64,000 bases of DNA from Cellvibrionales bacterium (lineage in GTDB: Bacteria > Pseudomonadota > Gammaproteobacteria > Pseudomonadales > UBA7434): contig JBELIP010000009.1 of the NCBI GenBank assembly GCA_042090785.1, positions 656 to 64,655 of the forward strand. The letters run 5' to 3'. Positions 31,639 through 42,858 of this stretch are shown piece after piece (positions within the stretch are counted from its first letter, which is position 1; each line of letters opens with the position of its first letter). The notes beneath the pieces were generated by a model, which did no database searches, had not been told where the DNA came from, and was given only the letters and a program-made list of their open reading frames with translations. A program made the position numbers and the translations under genes.

Positions 31639-32967
31639 ATGGCATTAAAAGACACCAGCAGCATTAGTACAAAACGCTCTCGCTTATTTGCCTGCCTGGT
31701 AAGCAGTTTGTTTGTCAGCTCTGTTTGTGCAGAAACCTCTAAACCAGTACTGACCTCACTCGAATCTATAGCATACAAATCGAAACCGCTGCAGGCTAGT
31801 ACATCAAGAATCCCCGAGTTCGAAGACGTTTATCGAATTGAAATGATTATTTTCAGCAATCGCAACAATCTTGATACCTTTGAAGATAACGACGATAGCG
31901 ACGTTACTGAATATTGGCATGACACACCGGCGTTAAGTTACCCAAACAAGCTCGTCTTTTTACATCCACCTGCGAAACTGCCACCGCCAGTTCCGGCTAC
32001 CAACAATAACAACAACAACACTAACAATTTTTATAGTGAAGCCGATAAAGCAGCAATTAACATTGCTGCGCCCACTTTTGATGATATACCGCTATCCGCT
32101 GAAACCCCTTTTAAATTAACTGATACACGCACAGCTGTAGAAAAAGCACTTGCTGAACTTCCTTTACTCGAACAACTTGAGCCAGACACTTTTTTATTAA
32201 AAGACATGGCGGCAGCTATTGCTCGACGTTCAAATCATCAAGTGCTCTTTCATCAGGCATGGCATCAAGAGCTCGGTGCAAAGGAGACAGCACCCTTTAT
32301 TCCTATTAGTGGCGGTGAAGTCTTTGATAATCATCACGAATTAGAAGGCAGTATAAAAATCAATAAAGACCGCTACCTTCATATCACCACTGATCTATGG
32401 CTAACAAAATATAGCTTGCGCAATGATGAACAATGGATCAGGTTAACGAATGAACTTACTCAAAACAGCCTGCAAACTGCAAAAATTATAGATACGAGCT
32501 CGGTGCCTGATTTTCCACTTGATTTAATGCGTATAGCCAAAGATAAAGCAATAGAAAAAGCTATTAAAGAAGCTGAGTTAGCAAAAGCTATTGAAGACGA
32601 AGCACTTTACCAATTTACCTTAGAGCAAGACGAGCAGACAGCGCATACGATTAATGCGCCCACTGTGGCCAGCCAAGAATTATCAGCAGAAGCTAATAGC
32701 AGTCTTGCTGACAACGGCAAAAATATTCACGACGATGTTAACGACAATATTGACCCCAGCCTGATAGAGACTGAGACGATAAATGAAGAGGAAGCAAGCT
32801 TAAGCTTTGATCTTTTTCAAGCACAGGAAACCTATGTACTCAGGGAGCATAGAAAAATGAAGCGCGCCGAAATTCATTTTCTAGACCATCCAATGATAGG
32901 GCTGATTATTCAAATCACAAAATACGAAGTGCCAGAAGAAGCCAAAGCAGACGAAAACCAAAATTAG
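31639..32967 (+). CDS. CsiV-family peptidoglycan-binding protein
   Basis: YRIEMIIF, VLFHQAWHQ, ELEGSI..RYLHI..DLW, HFLDHPMIGLII; adjacent to mfd. Confidence 0.8.
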   Translation: MALKDTSSISTKRSRLFACLVSSLFVSSVCAETSKPVLTSLESIAYKSKPLQASTSRIPEFEDVYRIEMIIFSNRNNLDTFEDNDDSDVTEYWHDTPALSYPNKLVFLHPPAKLPPPVPATNNNNNNTNNFYSEADKAAINIAAPTFDDIPLSAETPFKLTDTRTAVEKALAELPLLEQLEPDTFLLKDMAAAIARRSNHQVLFHQAWHQELGAKETAPFIPISGGEVFDNHHELEGSIKINKDRYLHITTDLWLTKYSLRNDEQWIRLTNELTQNSLQTAKIIDTSSVPDFPLDLMRIAKDKAIEKAIKEAELAKAIEDEALYQFTLEQDEQTAHTINAPTVASQELSAEANSSLADNGKNIHDDVNDNIDPSLIETETINEEEASLSFDLFQAQETYVLREHRKMKRAEIHFLDHPMIGLIIQITKYEVPEEAKADENQN

Positions 32968-32992
32968 GTGGCATTGCATTAACCTTCAATCA

Positions 32993-34090
32993 TTAAACTT
33001 CAATATCAGATGTGACCTGCTTTAAGCTGATAACCTGCGTGGGGTAAGCCACGTCAGCGCCATGCTGATCGATAATACTCAAAATATTTACCAATACATC
33101 TTGCTTAACAACATGAAAATGTTGCCAGTTAACTGTTTTTGTAAAGCAGTAAATAAAGAAATCCAGTGACGACGTACCAAAGGCATTTATATTAACCATT
33201 AAGGTTTGTGAGGTATCTATCTCTGGGTGCGCTTGCAGCATGGCCTCAACATCCTTAACGACCAGCTCTAGTACTGCAGCATCGTCATAACGCAAACCAA
33301 TGGTTTCATAAATGCGGCGATGCGTCATACGAGAAGGGTTTTCAACTGAAATAGTCATAAACGTAGAATTGGGAATATATAAAGGACGCTTATCAAAAGT
33401 CCGAATACGCGTTTGACGCCAGCCTACATATTCAACTACACCTTCAATCTCTTGGTCTGGTGAACGTACCCAATCACCAATAGAAAATGGACGATCTAAA
33501 TAAATCATCAAGCCACCAAAAAAGTTGGCTAGCAAATCTTTAGCCGCAAAACCAACTGCGATACCACCAATACCACCAAAGGCCAACACACCCGACACGC
33601 TATAACCCAGTGTTTGTAGTAACACTAGTGCCGAGGTAATAATAATAGATAGGCGAACTAACTTACTTAAAGCATGGACTGTCGATTCATCTATAGGTCT
33701 ATCATCATTTTCATCGGGCTCAGTGGCTAAAATATTACTTTCGGCTTCAGTCACAAAGCGGACTAAGAACCAAGAAAGTAAAGCGATAACCAGCACATCA
33801 CGCAGCGGATCTATGGCGGAAAACACAGCCGCCTCCGATAACGATTGAACCACCTCTGCCGCCCATGAAACACCGACAACCCAAATAAGAATCGCCAATG
33901 GCTTTCTTGCTGCTTTAATTAACGCATCGTCCCAGAGGGTTGCTGTCTTTGATAATCGCTCTTCAAGCCGGCTCAACAGGCGCTTAGCAACAAAATTAGC
34001 CAGCATGGTGAGTAGCACAATAATAAAAACATGAAAAATCCAAGCCTGCTGACTGCCTGATTGCGCTATATAATCGATAATTGATTGCAT
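32993..34090 (-). CDS. MscS-family mechanosensitive channel (YnaI-like)
   Basis: GGIGGIAVGFAAKD, DRPFSIGDW, YIPNS. Confidence 0.93.
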   Translation of the reverse strand: MQSIIDYIAQSGSQQAWIFHVFIIVLLTMLANFVAKRLLSRLEERLSKTATLWDDALIKAARKPLAILIWVVGVSWAAEVVQSLSEAAVFSAIDPLRDVLVIALLSWFLVRFVTEAESNILATEPDENDDRPIDESTVHALSKLVRLSIIITSALVLLQTLGYSVSGVLAFGGIGGIAVGFAAKDLLANFFGGLMIYLDRPFSIGDWVRSPDQEIEGVVEYVGWRQTRIRTFDKRPLYIPNSTFMTISVENPSRMTHRRIYETIGLRYDDAAVLELVVKDVEAMLQAHPEIDTSQTLMVNINAFGTSSLDFFIYCFTKTVNWQHFHVVKQDVLVNILSIIDQHGADVAYPTQVISLKQVTSDIEV

Positions 34091-34260
34091 AAGCCTTTTG
34101 TATCTTTGTAGTTTTTAAATGGAAGCATGATATAGAGCTATATGCCGTGTAACATGCTGATATATTGTAGTTACAAAGTTTACCCGCTTTAGCTCGGCCA
34201 ATCTACTCAATGCATTTAAAGGTAGCACTGGGAACTCAACCAAAATAGGACAAGTACAAC

Positions 34261-34914
34261 ATGCTTAAAAAAGAGCGTGCGTTTTTTGCACAAACAGTGC
34301 TAAACCGACTTTATAAGACCACACCCGTACCCTTAGATCATACCGATAACTACACGCTACTTATCGCAGTTTTATTGTCGGCCCAATGCACCGATATTCG
34401 TGTTAATCAGGTAACACCTGCACTGTTTAAACTGGCATCTAATGCAAAAAAAATGGCCACTAAAACCCCCGAACAGCTTTACCCTATTATTAAACCTTGT
34501 GGCCTAGCACCCAGAAAATCACGCGCGATTATCGAGCTGTCACAAATTTTAATGGAAAAATACAATGGCGAAGTGCCTGAGGATATCGCGCTACTAGAAG
34601 AGCTACCTGGTGTCGGCCATAAGACCGCTAGCGTCGTCATGTCGCAGGGCTTTGGCCACCCTGCCTTCCCTGTCGACACACACATACATCGCTTAGCGCA
34701 ACGCTGGGGTTTAACGAATGGAAAAAACGTGGTGCAGACAGAAAAAGACTTAAAAAAGCTTTTCAACAAAGAAGACTGGAACAAACTGCATTTGCAAATT
34801 ATTTTTTATGGCCGCGAATTTTGCAGCGCTAGAGGTTGTGATGGGACGGTTTGCGAAATTTGTACTGGCTGCTACCCAAAACGTAAAAAAGCGTTTATAG
34901 CCAAAAAACCTTAG
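34261..34914 (+). CDS. nth: endonuclease III
   Basis: LLSAQCTD, HhH LPGVGHKTA, VDTH; variant Cys-rich tail. Confidence 0.93.
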   Translation: MLKKERAFFAQTVLNRLYKTTPVPLDHTDNYTLLIAVLLSAQCTDIRVNQVTPALFKLASNAKKMATKTPEQLYPIIKPCGLAPRKSRAIIELSQILMEKYNGEVPEDIALLEELPGVGHKTASVVMSQGFGHPAFPVDTHIHRLAQRWGLTNGKNVVQTEKDLKKLFNKEDWNKLHLQIIFYGREFCSARGCDGTVCEICTGCYPKRKKAFIAKKP

Positions 34915-34947
34915 CCCATGTAAGGGTAGTAAAAACACATTAACGAG

Positions 34948-35184
34948 TTATTTATCTGCGTTATAAAATACAGGCTTTGCTACATCAGCTGCCGTGGCCG
35001 CTCGCTCATTTTCTTCTTCGCACTTATTGGTATCGCCACCACAAATATCGCAATCGCCACCAAGACCTAAAGCAGCAATGCCACCGCAAGAACCTTTAAT
35101 CGGTTTGTTAGCAAATATAACGCCTACCGCCATAGCAGTAACCACAAGCAATAAAAAGCCTAGAGTAAATAAAAATGTTTCCAC
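34948..35184 (-). CDS. nqrM: Na+-NQR maturation protein NqrM
   Basis: TM helix then PIKGSCGG...CDICGG...C; follows apbE. Confidence 0.92.
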   Translation of the reverse strand: METFLFTLGFLLLVVTAMAVGVIFANKPIKGSCGGIAALGLGGDCDICGGDTNKCEEENERAATAADVAKPVFYNADK

Positions 35185-35196
35185 TGGGTAAACCTC

Positions 35197-35232
35197 GTCT
35201 TACTATTTGTTTTACTATTAGTCTTACTATTT
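35197..35232. repeat. 12-bp tandem repeat x3 (GT(C/T)TTACTATT(T/A))
   Basis: Directly visible in the apbE-nqrM spacer. Confidence 0.8.
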
Positions 35233-35251
35233 ATCTTAGGAATACAGCTAA

Positions 35252-36388
35252 TTATTCTAAAATAAAAGGATGAAAGCTTTCTGAGTGCCATGAGACGCTT
35301 TTAAAACGGGCAACATTTTCTGTCTTGCCCTCAAGCTCAGGATTATGGCTATTTTCGCGTGTAATCAAAAATACCGCAAGGTTTTGCTCTACTGCAAGCC
35401 GCTTGGCTTCTGCCGGCCCCATGACATTCAGTGCCGTAGCCCAAGCATCAGCCTCTGCTGCAGAACGCGCAATAACACTAACAGAAGCTAATGAGTGCTG
35501 TACTGGGTAGCCGGTACGCACATCAATAGTATGCGAATAACGCTTACCCTGATATTCAAAAAAGTTTCGGTAATCACCCGATGTGGCAATAGCGACGTCT
35601 TTTAATGCTACTACCTGCTCTATTTCGCCGGCACGGAATACAGGCTTTTCAATCGCAAGCCGCCAATCAACCCCCTGCGGGTTATGGCCACTAACACGCA
35701 CTTCGCCACCAATATCCACCAAAGAATTGCTCAGACCAAGCGCGCTTAGCTTACTGGCCACTATGTCTACCGCATAGCCCTTGGCAATGGCCGAAAGGTC
35801 TAAAGCAATATCCGCTGACTTGCACAGCGATTGCGTTTGCCTATTTATCGACAAGGCAGTCATATCTACTCTTGCCAGCAAAGCGCTTATTTCGGCGGCA
35901 TCAGGATAAACAAATGCAGCGTTCGACTGGCCAAAGCCCCATCGCTCAACCAAAGGACCTATTAATGGGTTAAAAGCACCCGCCGTTGCTGCGTTTATAT
36001 CTATCGATTGCTGAACAACATCGAGTAAAGCCTGTGACACCGCTAAGCAATGATTAGGGGCTAAGCGGTTAAAAACCGAGATCTCTGAATCGGCTTCGTA
36101 AGTTGACATAGAAGCAATAACCGCAGCTAGCTGACGCTCCACTTGCTGCTTAGCTAAATCAAGGTCGAAGGACGGAGCATTCACCGCAGCATGATCATCA
36201 TTACTATTTTCAACAACAGTGACTCGATAATAAGTCCCCATCGTCTCGCCAGACCAACGATAAGTTCGCTGATTTTCTGCTAACGAACGTGAACTATCGC
36301 AGCCTACAAATAAAAACAGCGACACTAGAACTAGCGCCGCCGTGATTACTTTCGTCTTAGCACTGGGACTAAAAGCGATAATAAGAAT
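35252..36388 (-). CDS. apbE: FAD:protein FMN transferase ApbE (lipoprotein); exact start uncertain (36379-36388)
   Basis: GETMGT, DLSAIAKG, ATSGDYRN, ADAWAT; signal peptide KTKVITAALVLVSLFLFVGC extends upstream of the GTG at 36325. Confidence 0.93.
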   Translation of the reverse strand: MLIIAFSPSAKTKVITAALVLVSLFLFVGCDSSRSLAENQRTYRWSGETMGTYYRVTVVENSNDDHAAVNAPSFDLDLAKQQVERQLAAVIASMSTYEADSEISVFNRLAPNHCLAVSQALLDVVQQSIDINAATAGAFNPLIGPLVERWGFGQSNAAFVYPDAAEISALLARVDMTALSINRQTQSLCKSADIALDLSAIAKGYAVDIVASKLSALGLSNSLVDIGGEVRVSGHNPQGVDWRLAIEKPVFRAGEIEQVVALKDVAIATSGDYRNFFEYQGKRYSHTIDVRTGYPVQHSLASVSVIARSAAEADAWATALNVMGPAEAKRLAVEQNLAVFLITRENSHNPELEGKTENVARFKSVSWHSESFHPFILE

Positions 36389-37608
36389 TACCCACCAAAG
36401 TCATCAAGCATAATATTTTCTGGTTCAACACCGAGATCTAGCAGCATAGAGATAACCGCTGAGTTCATCATGGGTGGACCACACATATAGTATTCACAAT
36501 CTTCAGGCGCTGGATGATCCTTTAAGTAGTTATCGAATAACACCTGATGGATAAAACCAGTTAAACCATCCCAATTATCTTCGGGCAATGGGTCAGAAAG
36601 CGCTAAATGCCAATTAAAGTTTTCGTTTTCACTTTCAAGTGTATCGTATTCATCAACATAAAACGCTTCGCGCATTGATCGAGCGCCATACCAGAAAGAA
36701 ATTTTGCGATCGGTGTGAATACGGCGCAGCTGATCAAAGATGTGAGAGCGCATTGGCGCCATACCGGCACCACCACCAACAAACACCATTTCAGCTTTAG
36801 TGTCTTTGGCAAAAAACTCACCAAAAGGACCGTATACTTTTACTTTATCACCTGGCTTTAAATTAAACGTCCAAGAAGACATTTGCCCTGGCGTTAAGGC
36901 CAAGTTATTAGGTGGCGGAGTAGCACAGCGAATATTAAACTTAACAACACCTTCTTCTTCTGGGTAGTTAGCCATTGAATAAGCGCGAATAACGGTCTCA
37001 TCCACCTTAGAAACCAAATCTAGAAAACCAAAGCGCTCCCAATCACTGCGGTACTGCTCTTCAATATCAAAATCAGCGTACTTCACCTCATGCGGTGGAC
37101 ACTCTAGCTGTACATAACCACCTGCACGGAAATTCACTTTTTCACCTTCAGGAAGGCGCAGTGTTAGCTCTTTAATAAATGTTGCGACGTTTGGATTAGA
37201 CTCAACCGTGCATTCCCACTGCTTAACACCAAACACCTCTTCAGGTATTTCAACTTTCATATCTTGTTTAACAGCAACCTGACAAGAAAGACGATATCCC
37301 TCTTGAATTTCACGCTTAGTAAAATGAGGTTCTTCGGTAGCAAGGATAGAACCGCCGCCGTCCGAAACAATACACTTACACTGCGCGCAAGTACCGCCGC
37401 CGCCACAAGCTGAAGCCAAAAACAAATCGTTAGCAGCCAATGTTTGCAACAGCTTATCGCCTGCAGCAACCGAAATAGTTTTTTCGCCGTTAACATTAAT
37501 ATTAACATCACCGGTACTCACTAATTGCCCGCGCGCAATTAATATAATTGCCACTAGCGCCAGCACAATGGCTGTAAACATCGCTACGCCAAGAGTAATT
37601 TCATTCAT
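36388..37608 (-). CDS. nqrF: Na+-translocating NADH:quinone reductase subunit F
   Basis: [30 protein letters not shown]. Confidence 0.99.
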   Translation of the reverse strand: MNEITLGVAMFTAIVLALVAIILIARGQLVSTGDVNINVNGEKTISVAAGDKLLQTLAANDLFLASACGGGGTCAQCKCIVSDGGGSILATEEPHFTKREIQEGYRLSCQVAVKQDMKVEIPEEVFGVKQWECTVESNPNVATFIKELTLRLPEGEKVNFRAGGYVQLECPPHEVKYADFDIEEQYRSDWERFGFLDLVSKVDETVIRAYSMANYPEEEGVVKFNIRCATPPPNNLALTPGQMSSWTFNLKPGDKVKVYGPFGEFFAKDTKAEMVFVGGGAGMAPMRSHIFDQLRRIHTDRKISFWYGARSMREAFYVDEYDTLESENENFNWHLALSDPLPEDNWDGLTGFIHQVLFDNYLKDHPAPEDCEYYMCGPPMMNSAVISMLLDLGVEPENIMLDDFGG

Positions 37609-37635
37609 TGTTACTAAACTCCTCGATAACCTGCT

Positions 37636-38244
37636 TTACAGGTCGATACCACCAAAAGACATAAAACCAAGAGACATTAAGCCGACAGTAATAAAGGTAA
37701 TGCCTAAACCACGTAAACCTTCGGGAACATCACTGTACTTTAACTTCTCACGAATACCCGCTAAGGCAACGATAGCTAAGCCCCAACCTATTCCTGCGCC
37801 AGCACCAAAAACGGCACTCTCGGTAAAATTGTAATCTCGCTCTACCATAAATAACGATGCACCTAAAATAGCGCAGTTAACGGTAATTAGCGGTAGAAAA
37901 ACGCCTAGTGCGTTATAAAGTGCCGGCACATACTTATCTAAAAACATCTCTAGAATCTGTACGCTGGCAGCAATAACGCCAATATAACTAAGAAACCCTA
38001 AAAAGCTGAGGTTTACATCGGGTAAACCTGCCCATAAAAGCGCCCCGTCAGCCAATAAATTATGGTAAATAAGATTATTCAGTGGTGTGGTAATCGTTAA
38101 CACCACAACGACAGCAATACTTAATCCTATCGCCGCTTCAATCTTTTTTGATATAGCCAAAAAAGTACACATACCTAAAAAGAAGGCTAGTGCCATATTC
38201 TCAATAAAGATGGCTTTTACAAATAAACTTAAATAATGCTCCAT
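37636..38244 (-). CDS. nqrE: Na+-NQR subunit E
   Basis: [21 protein letters not shown]. Confidence 0.99.
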   Translation of the reverse strand: MEHYLSLFVKAIFIENMALAFFLGMCTFLAISKKIEAAIGLSIAVVVVLTITTPLNNLIYHNLLADGALLWAGLPDVNLSFLGFLSYIGVIAASVQILEMFLDKYVPALYNALGVFLPLITVNCAILGASLFMVERDYNFTESAVFGAGAGIGWGLAIVALAGIREKLKYSDVPEGLRGLGITFITVGLMSLGFMSFGGIDL

Positions 38245-38906
38245 TACAAAGCCTCCCGTAGCGTAGAGTTTTTGCAGATTTTAAATTCTTCAGCTTCAAC
38301 CTGATCTTTCTTGTTGGCACGTAATATCCAAATAAAGAAGCCGATAATAAAAAATGCACTGGGTGGTAATAACATCATTCCGTTAGGAATATACCAACCA
38401 CCTTCTGTTGATAGAGCCAGAAGTTCAACACCAAATAATTTACCCGCACCTAAAAACTCCCTAAAAAAGGCAACGAATAAAAGTACTACGCTATAACCTA
38501 AGCCGTTACCAACGCCATCTAAAAAGCTAGGCCAGGGTGGGTTTTTCATCGCAAAAGCTTCTGCACGCCCCATAACAATACAGTTAGTGATAATCAAACC
38601 AACAAAAACTGACAATTGCTTACTGACATCATAAGCAACCGCTTTAAGTATTTGGTCGACCACAATAACCAATGAGGCAATAATGATCATCTGCACAATA
38701 ATACGGATGCTGCTTGGCACATGGTTACGCACTAATGAAACAAATACGTTAGAGAAAGCCGTTACCGCTGTAAGTGCTAAACACATAACCAGCGTTGTCT
38801 CTAAACCGGTGGTAACCGCCAATGCTGAACAAATGCCCAAAATCTGTAATGCAATTGGGTTATCGTCAAAGATTGGCGTAATTAAAATCTTTTTTGTATC
38901 ACTCAT
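38244..38906 (-). CDS. nqrD: Na+-NQR subunit D
   Basis: [24 protein letters not shown]. Confidence 0.99.
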   Translation of the reverse strand: MSDTKKILITPIFDDNPIALQILGICSALAVTTGLETTLVMCLALTAVTAFSNVFVSLVRNHVPSSIRIIVQMIIIASLVIVVDQILKAVAYDVSKQLSVFVGLIITNCIVMGRAEAFAMKNPPWPSFLDGVGNGLGYSVVLLFVAFFREFLGAGKLFGVELLALSTEGGWYIPNGMMLLPPSAFFIIGFFIWILRANKKDQVEAEEFKICKNSTLREAL

Positions 38907-38957
38907 AAAATTCTCTCTGCTACTCGCTTTAGCAAATAAATAGACTGCTTAATTGAG

Positions 38958-39728
38958 CTAAGCACTACCGGATTTAAGGTTATTCAAGAATGTTTGGAAA
39001 CCATTCTCACCCATCCAAAAGGACAACAAGTTGGATACACCACGACTGGTTAAAGTCGCACCCGATAAACCATCTACTTGATAACCAGCATTCGCTGAGC
39101 CAGACATCACTGAGCCTTTAATCACTTCAATGGCAACCGCACCTTCTTTATAGACCTGTTTACCTGGCCAAATAGCTTTCCAGCGTGGATTATCTATCTC
39201 GCCACCTAGGCCTGGCGTTTCACCATGATCATAAAAGCCTAGACCCGCAATCGTGTTGAGGTCACTCTCTAAGGCAACAAAACCATATAAGGTAGACCAG
39301 AGACCATAACCATGGACGGGTAAAATAATTTTATCGAACTCACTATCTGATTCTACGATATAGACCACTGCTTGGTTCTCTCGACGAGAGATTTTAGCAA
39401 TATCAGTGCTGCCATCTAGAGCTTGTGAGGTTGCGGGGTCTTTAGCAGCTTTACGCTGATCAAAAGCATTAGCATCTTCAACGTCAACGAACAAACCTGT
39501 CGACAAATCAACAATGCGAGTTTGAATGGCTGAAAATTGCTCTTCAACAGAAACGCTTTCTTGATAAAGACCTGCCGCCAAAAGAATATTCTTCTTTTTA
39601 TCGAGATCTTTATTAAGCTCTTGCATTGGGCGCAATATAACAGCCGCGGCAGATACAATCACTGAGCAGACAAAGCACAGTAATAAAGCAACCGTTAAGG
39701 TTTTTTGAATACTATCTTGACTAGCCAC
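38958..39728 (-). CDS. nqrC: Na+-NQR subunit C
   Basis: [12 protein letters not shown], flavinylation site DGLSGAT. Confidence 0.99.
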   Translation of the reverse strand: MASQDSIQKTLTVALLLCFVCSVIVSAAAVILRPMQELNKDLDKKKNILLAAGLYQESVSVEEQFSAIQTRIVDLSTGLFVDVEDANAFDQRKAAKDPATSQALDGSTDIAKISRRENQAVVYIVESDSEFDKIILPVHGYGLWSTLYGFVALESDLNTIAGLGFYDHGETPGLGGEIDNPRWKAIWPGKQVYKEGAVAIEVIKGSVMSGSANAGYQVDGLSGATLTSRGVSNLLSFWMGENGFQTFLNNLKSGSA

Positions 39729-40920
39729 GAGCCAACCTCCTATTTATATTTGCACGTACAACGATATGATCGATTAATGGTGCAAAAAGGTTAGAGAATA
39801 AAATCGCTAACATAATACCTTCGGGGAATGCTGGGTTAACAACACGGATCAATACGGTCATTACACCAATTAAAACGCCGTACCAAAGACGGCCAGCATC
39901 GGTCATTGATGCTGAAACCGGGTCAGTCGTCATAAAGACTAAGCCGAACATAAAGCCACCAACCACTAAGTGCCAGTACCAAGGTAGAGCAAACATTAAG
40001 TTGCTATCACTACCAATCCAGTTAAAAAGCGTTGATAAAGAAACCATGCCAATAAATGTTCCTAGCATGATGCGCCACGAAGCAATTCCGGTTGCTAACA
40101 GTATCACCATGCCGATACCAATAGCGATAACCGACGTTTCGCCAACCGAACCGTGAACGTTGCCGACAAAAGCATTCATCCAACCAATTTGGCTTTCTAG
40201 CGCTTGAACACCATCAGAATAAGCAATCGATAATGACGTAGCACCCGAATAGCCGTCAACAGCAGTCCATACTGTATCGCCAGACATAAAGGCTGGGTAG
40301 GCAAAATAAAGGAAAGCACGACCGGTTAATGCTGGGTTAAGGAAGTTTTTACCCGTACCGCCAAAGACCTCTTTACCTACCACAATACCAAAGCTAATAC
40401 CTAGCGCGACCATCCAAAGTGGAATGTCCGGCGGGCAAGTTAAAGCAAAAAGGATAGAGGTAACAAAGAAACCTTCGTTGATTTCATGACCGCGCTTAGA
40501 AGCGAATAACACTTCCCAGAAGCCGCCGACAACAAAAGTTGTCATGTATATAGGCAAAAAGTAAAACGCTCCATGAACAAAGCAATCCCAAATACTACTT
40601 GGGTCAAAACCGGCAAATAAGCTAATCATACCGATACGCCAACCATCACCGGCTAAAATCTCGCCGGCTGCAAGAATTTCATTCGCCTGATGACCAACGT
40701 TATACATGCCGTAAAACATCGCCGGAAAAGTTGCCATCCACACAGTAATCATAATACGTTTTAGATCGATACCATCACGGACATGTGAAGCGCTTTTAGT
40801 CACTGATGATGGTCGATAGAAAATAGTATCTACCGCTTCATAAAGTGCGTACCAACCTTCATATTTACCACCCGGGGTGAAATGCGGCTCGACATTGTCG
40901 AGTAATTTACGTAACCACAT
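39721..40920 (-). CDS. nqrB: Na+-NQR subunit B
   Basis: [15 protein letters not shown], flavinylation site DGYSGAT, TDPVS. Confidence 0.99.
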   Translation of the reverse strand: MWLRKLLDNVEPHFTPGGKYEGWYALYEAVDTIFYRPSSVTKSASHVRDGIDLKRIMITVWMATFPAMFYGMYNVGHQANEILAAGEILAGDGWRIGMISLFAGFDPSSIWDCFVHGAFYFLPIYMTTFVVGGFWEVLFASKRGHEINEGFFVTSILFALTCPPDIPLWMVALGISFGIVVGKEVFGGTGKNFLNPALTGRAFLYFAYPAFMSGDTVWTAVDGYSGATSLSIAYSDGVQALESQIGWMNAFVGNVHGSVGETSVIAIGIGMVILLATGIASWRIMLGTFIGMVSLSTLFNWIGSDSNLMFALPWYWHLVVGGFMFGLVFMTTDPVSASMTDAGRLWYGVLIGVMTVLIRVVNPAFPEGIMLAILFSNLFAPLIDHIVVRANINRRLARG

Positions 40921-40924
40921 TCGC

Positions 40925-42265
40925 TTAACCCTCCTTCTCTATTTGCGTGAGATTATCGCGAAGGATAGGCCCATATTCATATTTGCCCGGACAAACATAG
41001 GTACACAACGCCAAATCTTCTTCGTCGAGTTCTAAGCAGCCAAGCTCTTGAGCTGTTGAGGTATCACCAACAATTAATGCGCGCAATAATTGTGTTGGCA
41101 AAATATCTAACGGCATAATGCGTTCGTAATTGCCTATTGGCACCATGGCTCTATCACTACCGTTAGTGGTGGTAGTAAAAGAAAATAACTTGCCCTTCAT
41201 AAGCGATGAAATAAATGTGCGAGTTACAGAATGCTTATTAACACCGGCGCGAAGATAAGACATAAATTCACGATCTCTACCTTCTTCTAATACAGTAATC
41301 TGTTGATGATAACGACCTAGATACGCGTAAGGTCCGCGCGCTTTACGGCCATTAAACAATGAACCTGAAACAATACGCGGGTCATTACCTGTTGCTTTTC
41401 CTGCAATTAGCTCATCGGTGCAGGCACCAGCTCGCGTTTGCAATAACACAGGGTCTTCAACTAACGGGCCAGCTAAGGAAACGACACGCGCTACCGAAAT
41501 ACGCCCTTCGGTGAACAGCTTACCCACAGCAATAACATCTTGGTAATTAATGGTCCAAGCCACACGCGAAGCCGAAGCGGGTGCAAGCTTATGAATATGC
41601 GTGCCCGCTAAACCAGCGGGATGGGGGCCAGAAAAAGCCACTAGCTCAGCACCTGAGTTGCCGACACTGACAGCTGAATCGCCTGCAACACAGCAATAAA
41701 CCGTTGCAGCGCCAAGACGTGAAAGAATCGTTAGGCCATTTTCAAAATCGGCAGTATTAGCAGCAATAATAGGTGCAGGGTCTGCAGCCAGTGGGTTGGT
41801 ATCCATTGATGTAACAAAAATGGCATTAGCCGTGCTATCAACCGCCGGAACCTTGCTAAAAGGACGCGTACGAAACGCTGCCCAACTGCCAGACTCAATT
41901 AGCTGTTCGCGAACCTTAGCACCGTCAAGCGAAGCCAGCTCAGAAGCCGCATGGGCATCAAATGTCACTTCATCATCGCCATCAAGCTCAACAACCACCG
42001 ACTGTAGCGCACGCTTATCACCGCGATTAATCGCACTGACCACACCTGCACCAGGTGAAGTGTACTTAACACCCGCATTTTTCTTATCAGAAAAAAGCAC
42101 CTGCCCCAGCTTAACTCGATCACCTTCCTGGACATTCATTGTTGGCTTCATGCCAATATAGTCAAAGCCGATTAATGCCACTGAACGAACAGTGGCACCC
42201 GCCTCTACTACCTGCCGAGGAGCACCCTCGATTGGCAAATCAAGGCCCCGTTTAATTTTGATCAT
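40925..42265 (-). CDS. nqrA: Na+-NQR subunit A
   Basis: [12 protein letters not shown] start, [23 protein letters not shown]. Confidence 0.99.
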   Translation of the reverse strand: MIKIKRGLDLPIEGAPRQVVEAGATVRSVALIGFDYIGMKPTMNVQEGDRVKLGQVLFSDKKNAGVKYTSPGAGVVSAINRGDKRALQSVVVELDGDDEVTFDAHAASELASLDGAKVREQLIESGSWAAFRTRPFSKVPAVDSTANAIFVTSMDTNPLAADPAPIIAANTADFENGLTILSRLGAATVYCCVAGDSAVSVGNSGAELVAFSGPHPAGLAGTHIHKLAPASASRVAWTINYQDVIAVGKLFTEGRISVARVVSLAGPLVEDPVLLQTRAGACTDELIAGKATGNDPRIVSGSLFNGRKARGPYAYLGRYHQQITVLEEGRDREFMSYLRAGVNKHSVTRTFISSLMKGKLFSFTTTTNGSDRAMVPIGNYERIMPLDILPTQLLRALIVGDTSTAQELGCLELDEEDLALCTYVCPGKYEYGPILRDNLTQIEKEG

Positions 42266-42475
42266 ATACCTGCCTTTTGGATGAGTTTGCGCGTTTGAGT
42301 AGCTGAATAAACAGTTAATACAAACAAGCACTTCTCTTAAAAAATCTACTTATCCCCTACTTCTACGGTCCGAGCCGTCAAGCCGATTAAAAAGCTCTAA
42401 CTTGGCCAAATAGCACGCAAAAATCAGCTTTTGAGCGAGCTAAAACAAGCGAATAAGGGACGGTATGGAAAACAT

Positions 42476-42489
42476 CGCGCGGCATTATA
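42476..42489 (-). promoter_or_regulatory. probable -10 box of the nqr operon promoter
   Basis: TATAAT followed by GC-rich GCCGCGCG, about 215 nt above nqrA; -35 element weak. Confidence 0.45.
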
Positions 42490-42733
42490 GGGGTGATAGG
42501 CTTTGTTAGCTACTCAGGGAGCGCTTTGTTGCTGATTTTGAATACTTTTCCCAAAAATAACTGCCCAAATTTAAGAACTAAAGAAGACGGCTTAAAACAA
42601 GCAATACGGCACAGGCCAAACGCACCAGAAATGACCAAATGTATGCAGGCTAGAACGAGCCATGTGGCAGCTATAGAACGGCCTAGCACACAGCTAGGCC
42701 GCAATGAATTCACCAGCAATCTACTGATAGCAC

Positions 42734-42777
42734 ATGACTCTTAATATGACTCTTAATATCAGTCTTAATATGACTCT
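42734..42777. repeat. 12-bp tandem repeat x3.7 (ATGACTCTTAAT)
   Basis: ATGACTCTTAAT ATGACTCTTAAT ATCAGTCTTAAT ATGACTCT. Confidence 0.85.
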
Positions 42778-42858
42778 AGAGGTTAGCGACTGCTAAACAC
42801 ATAGCCTCAGAGCCTCTTATCCGCTGAAAGACCGGCTTAACATTCTTATTTGAAGTGT

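Noticed and set aside
42493-42744. Small ORFs in the gap-nqrA spacer
   Set aside because: Overlap on both strands, no motif or SD; the region is better explained as promoter DNA
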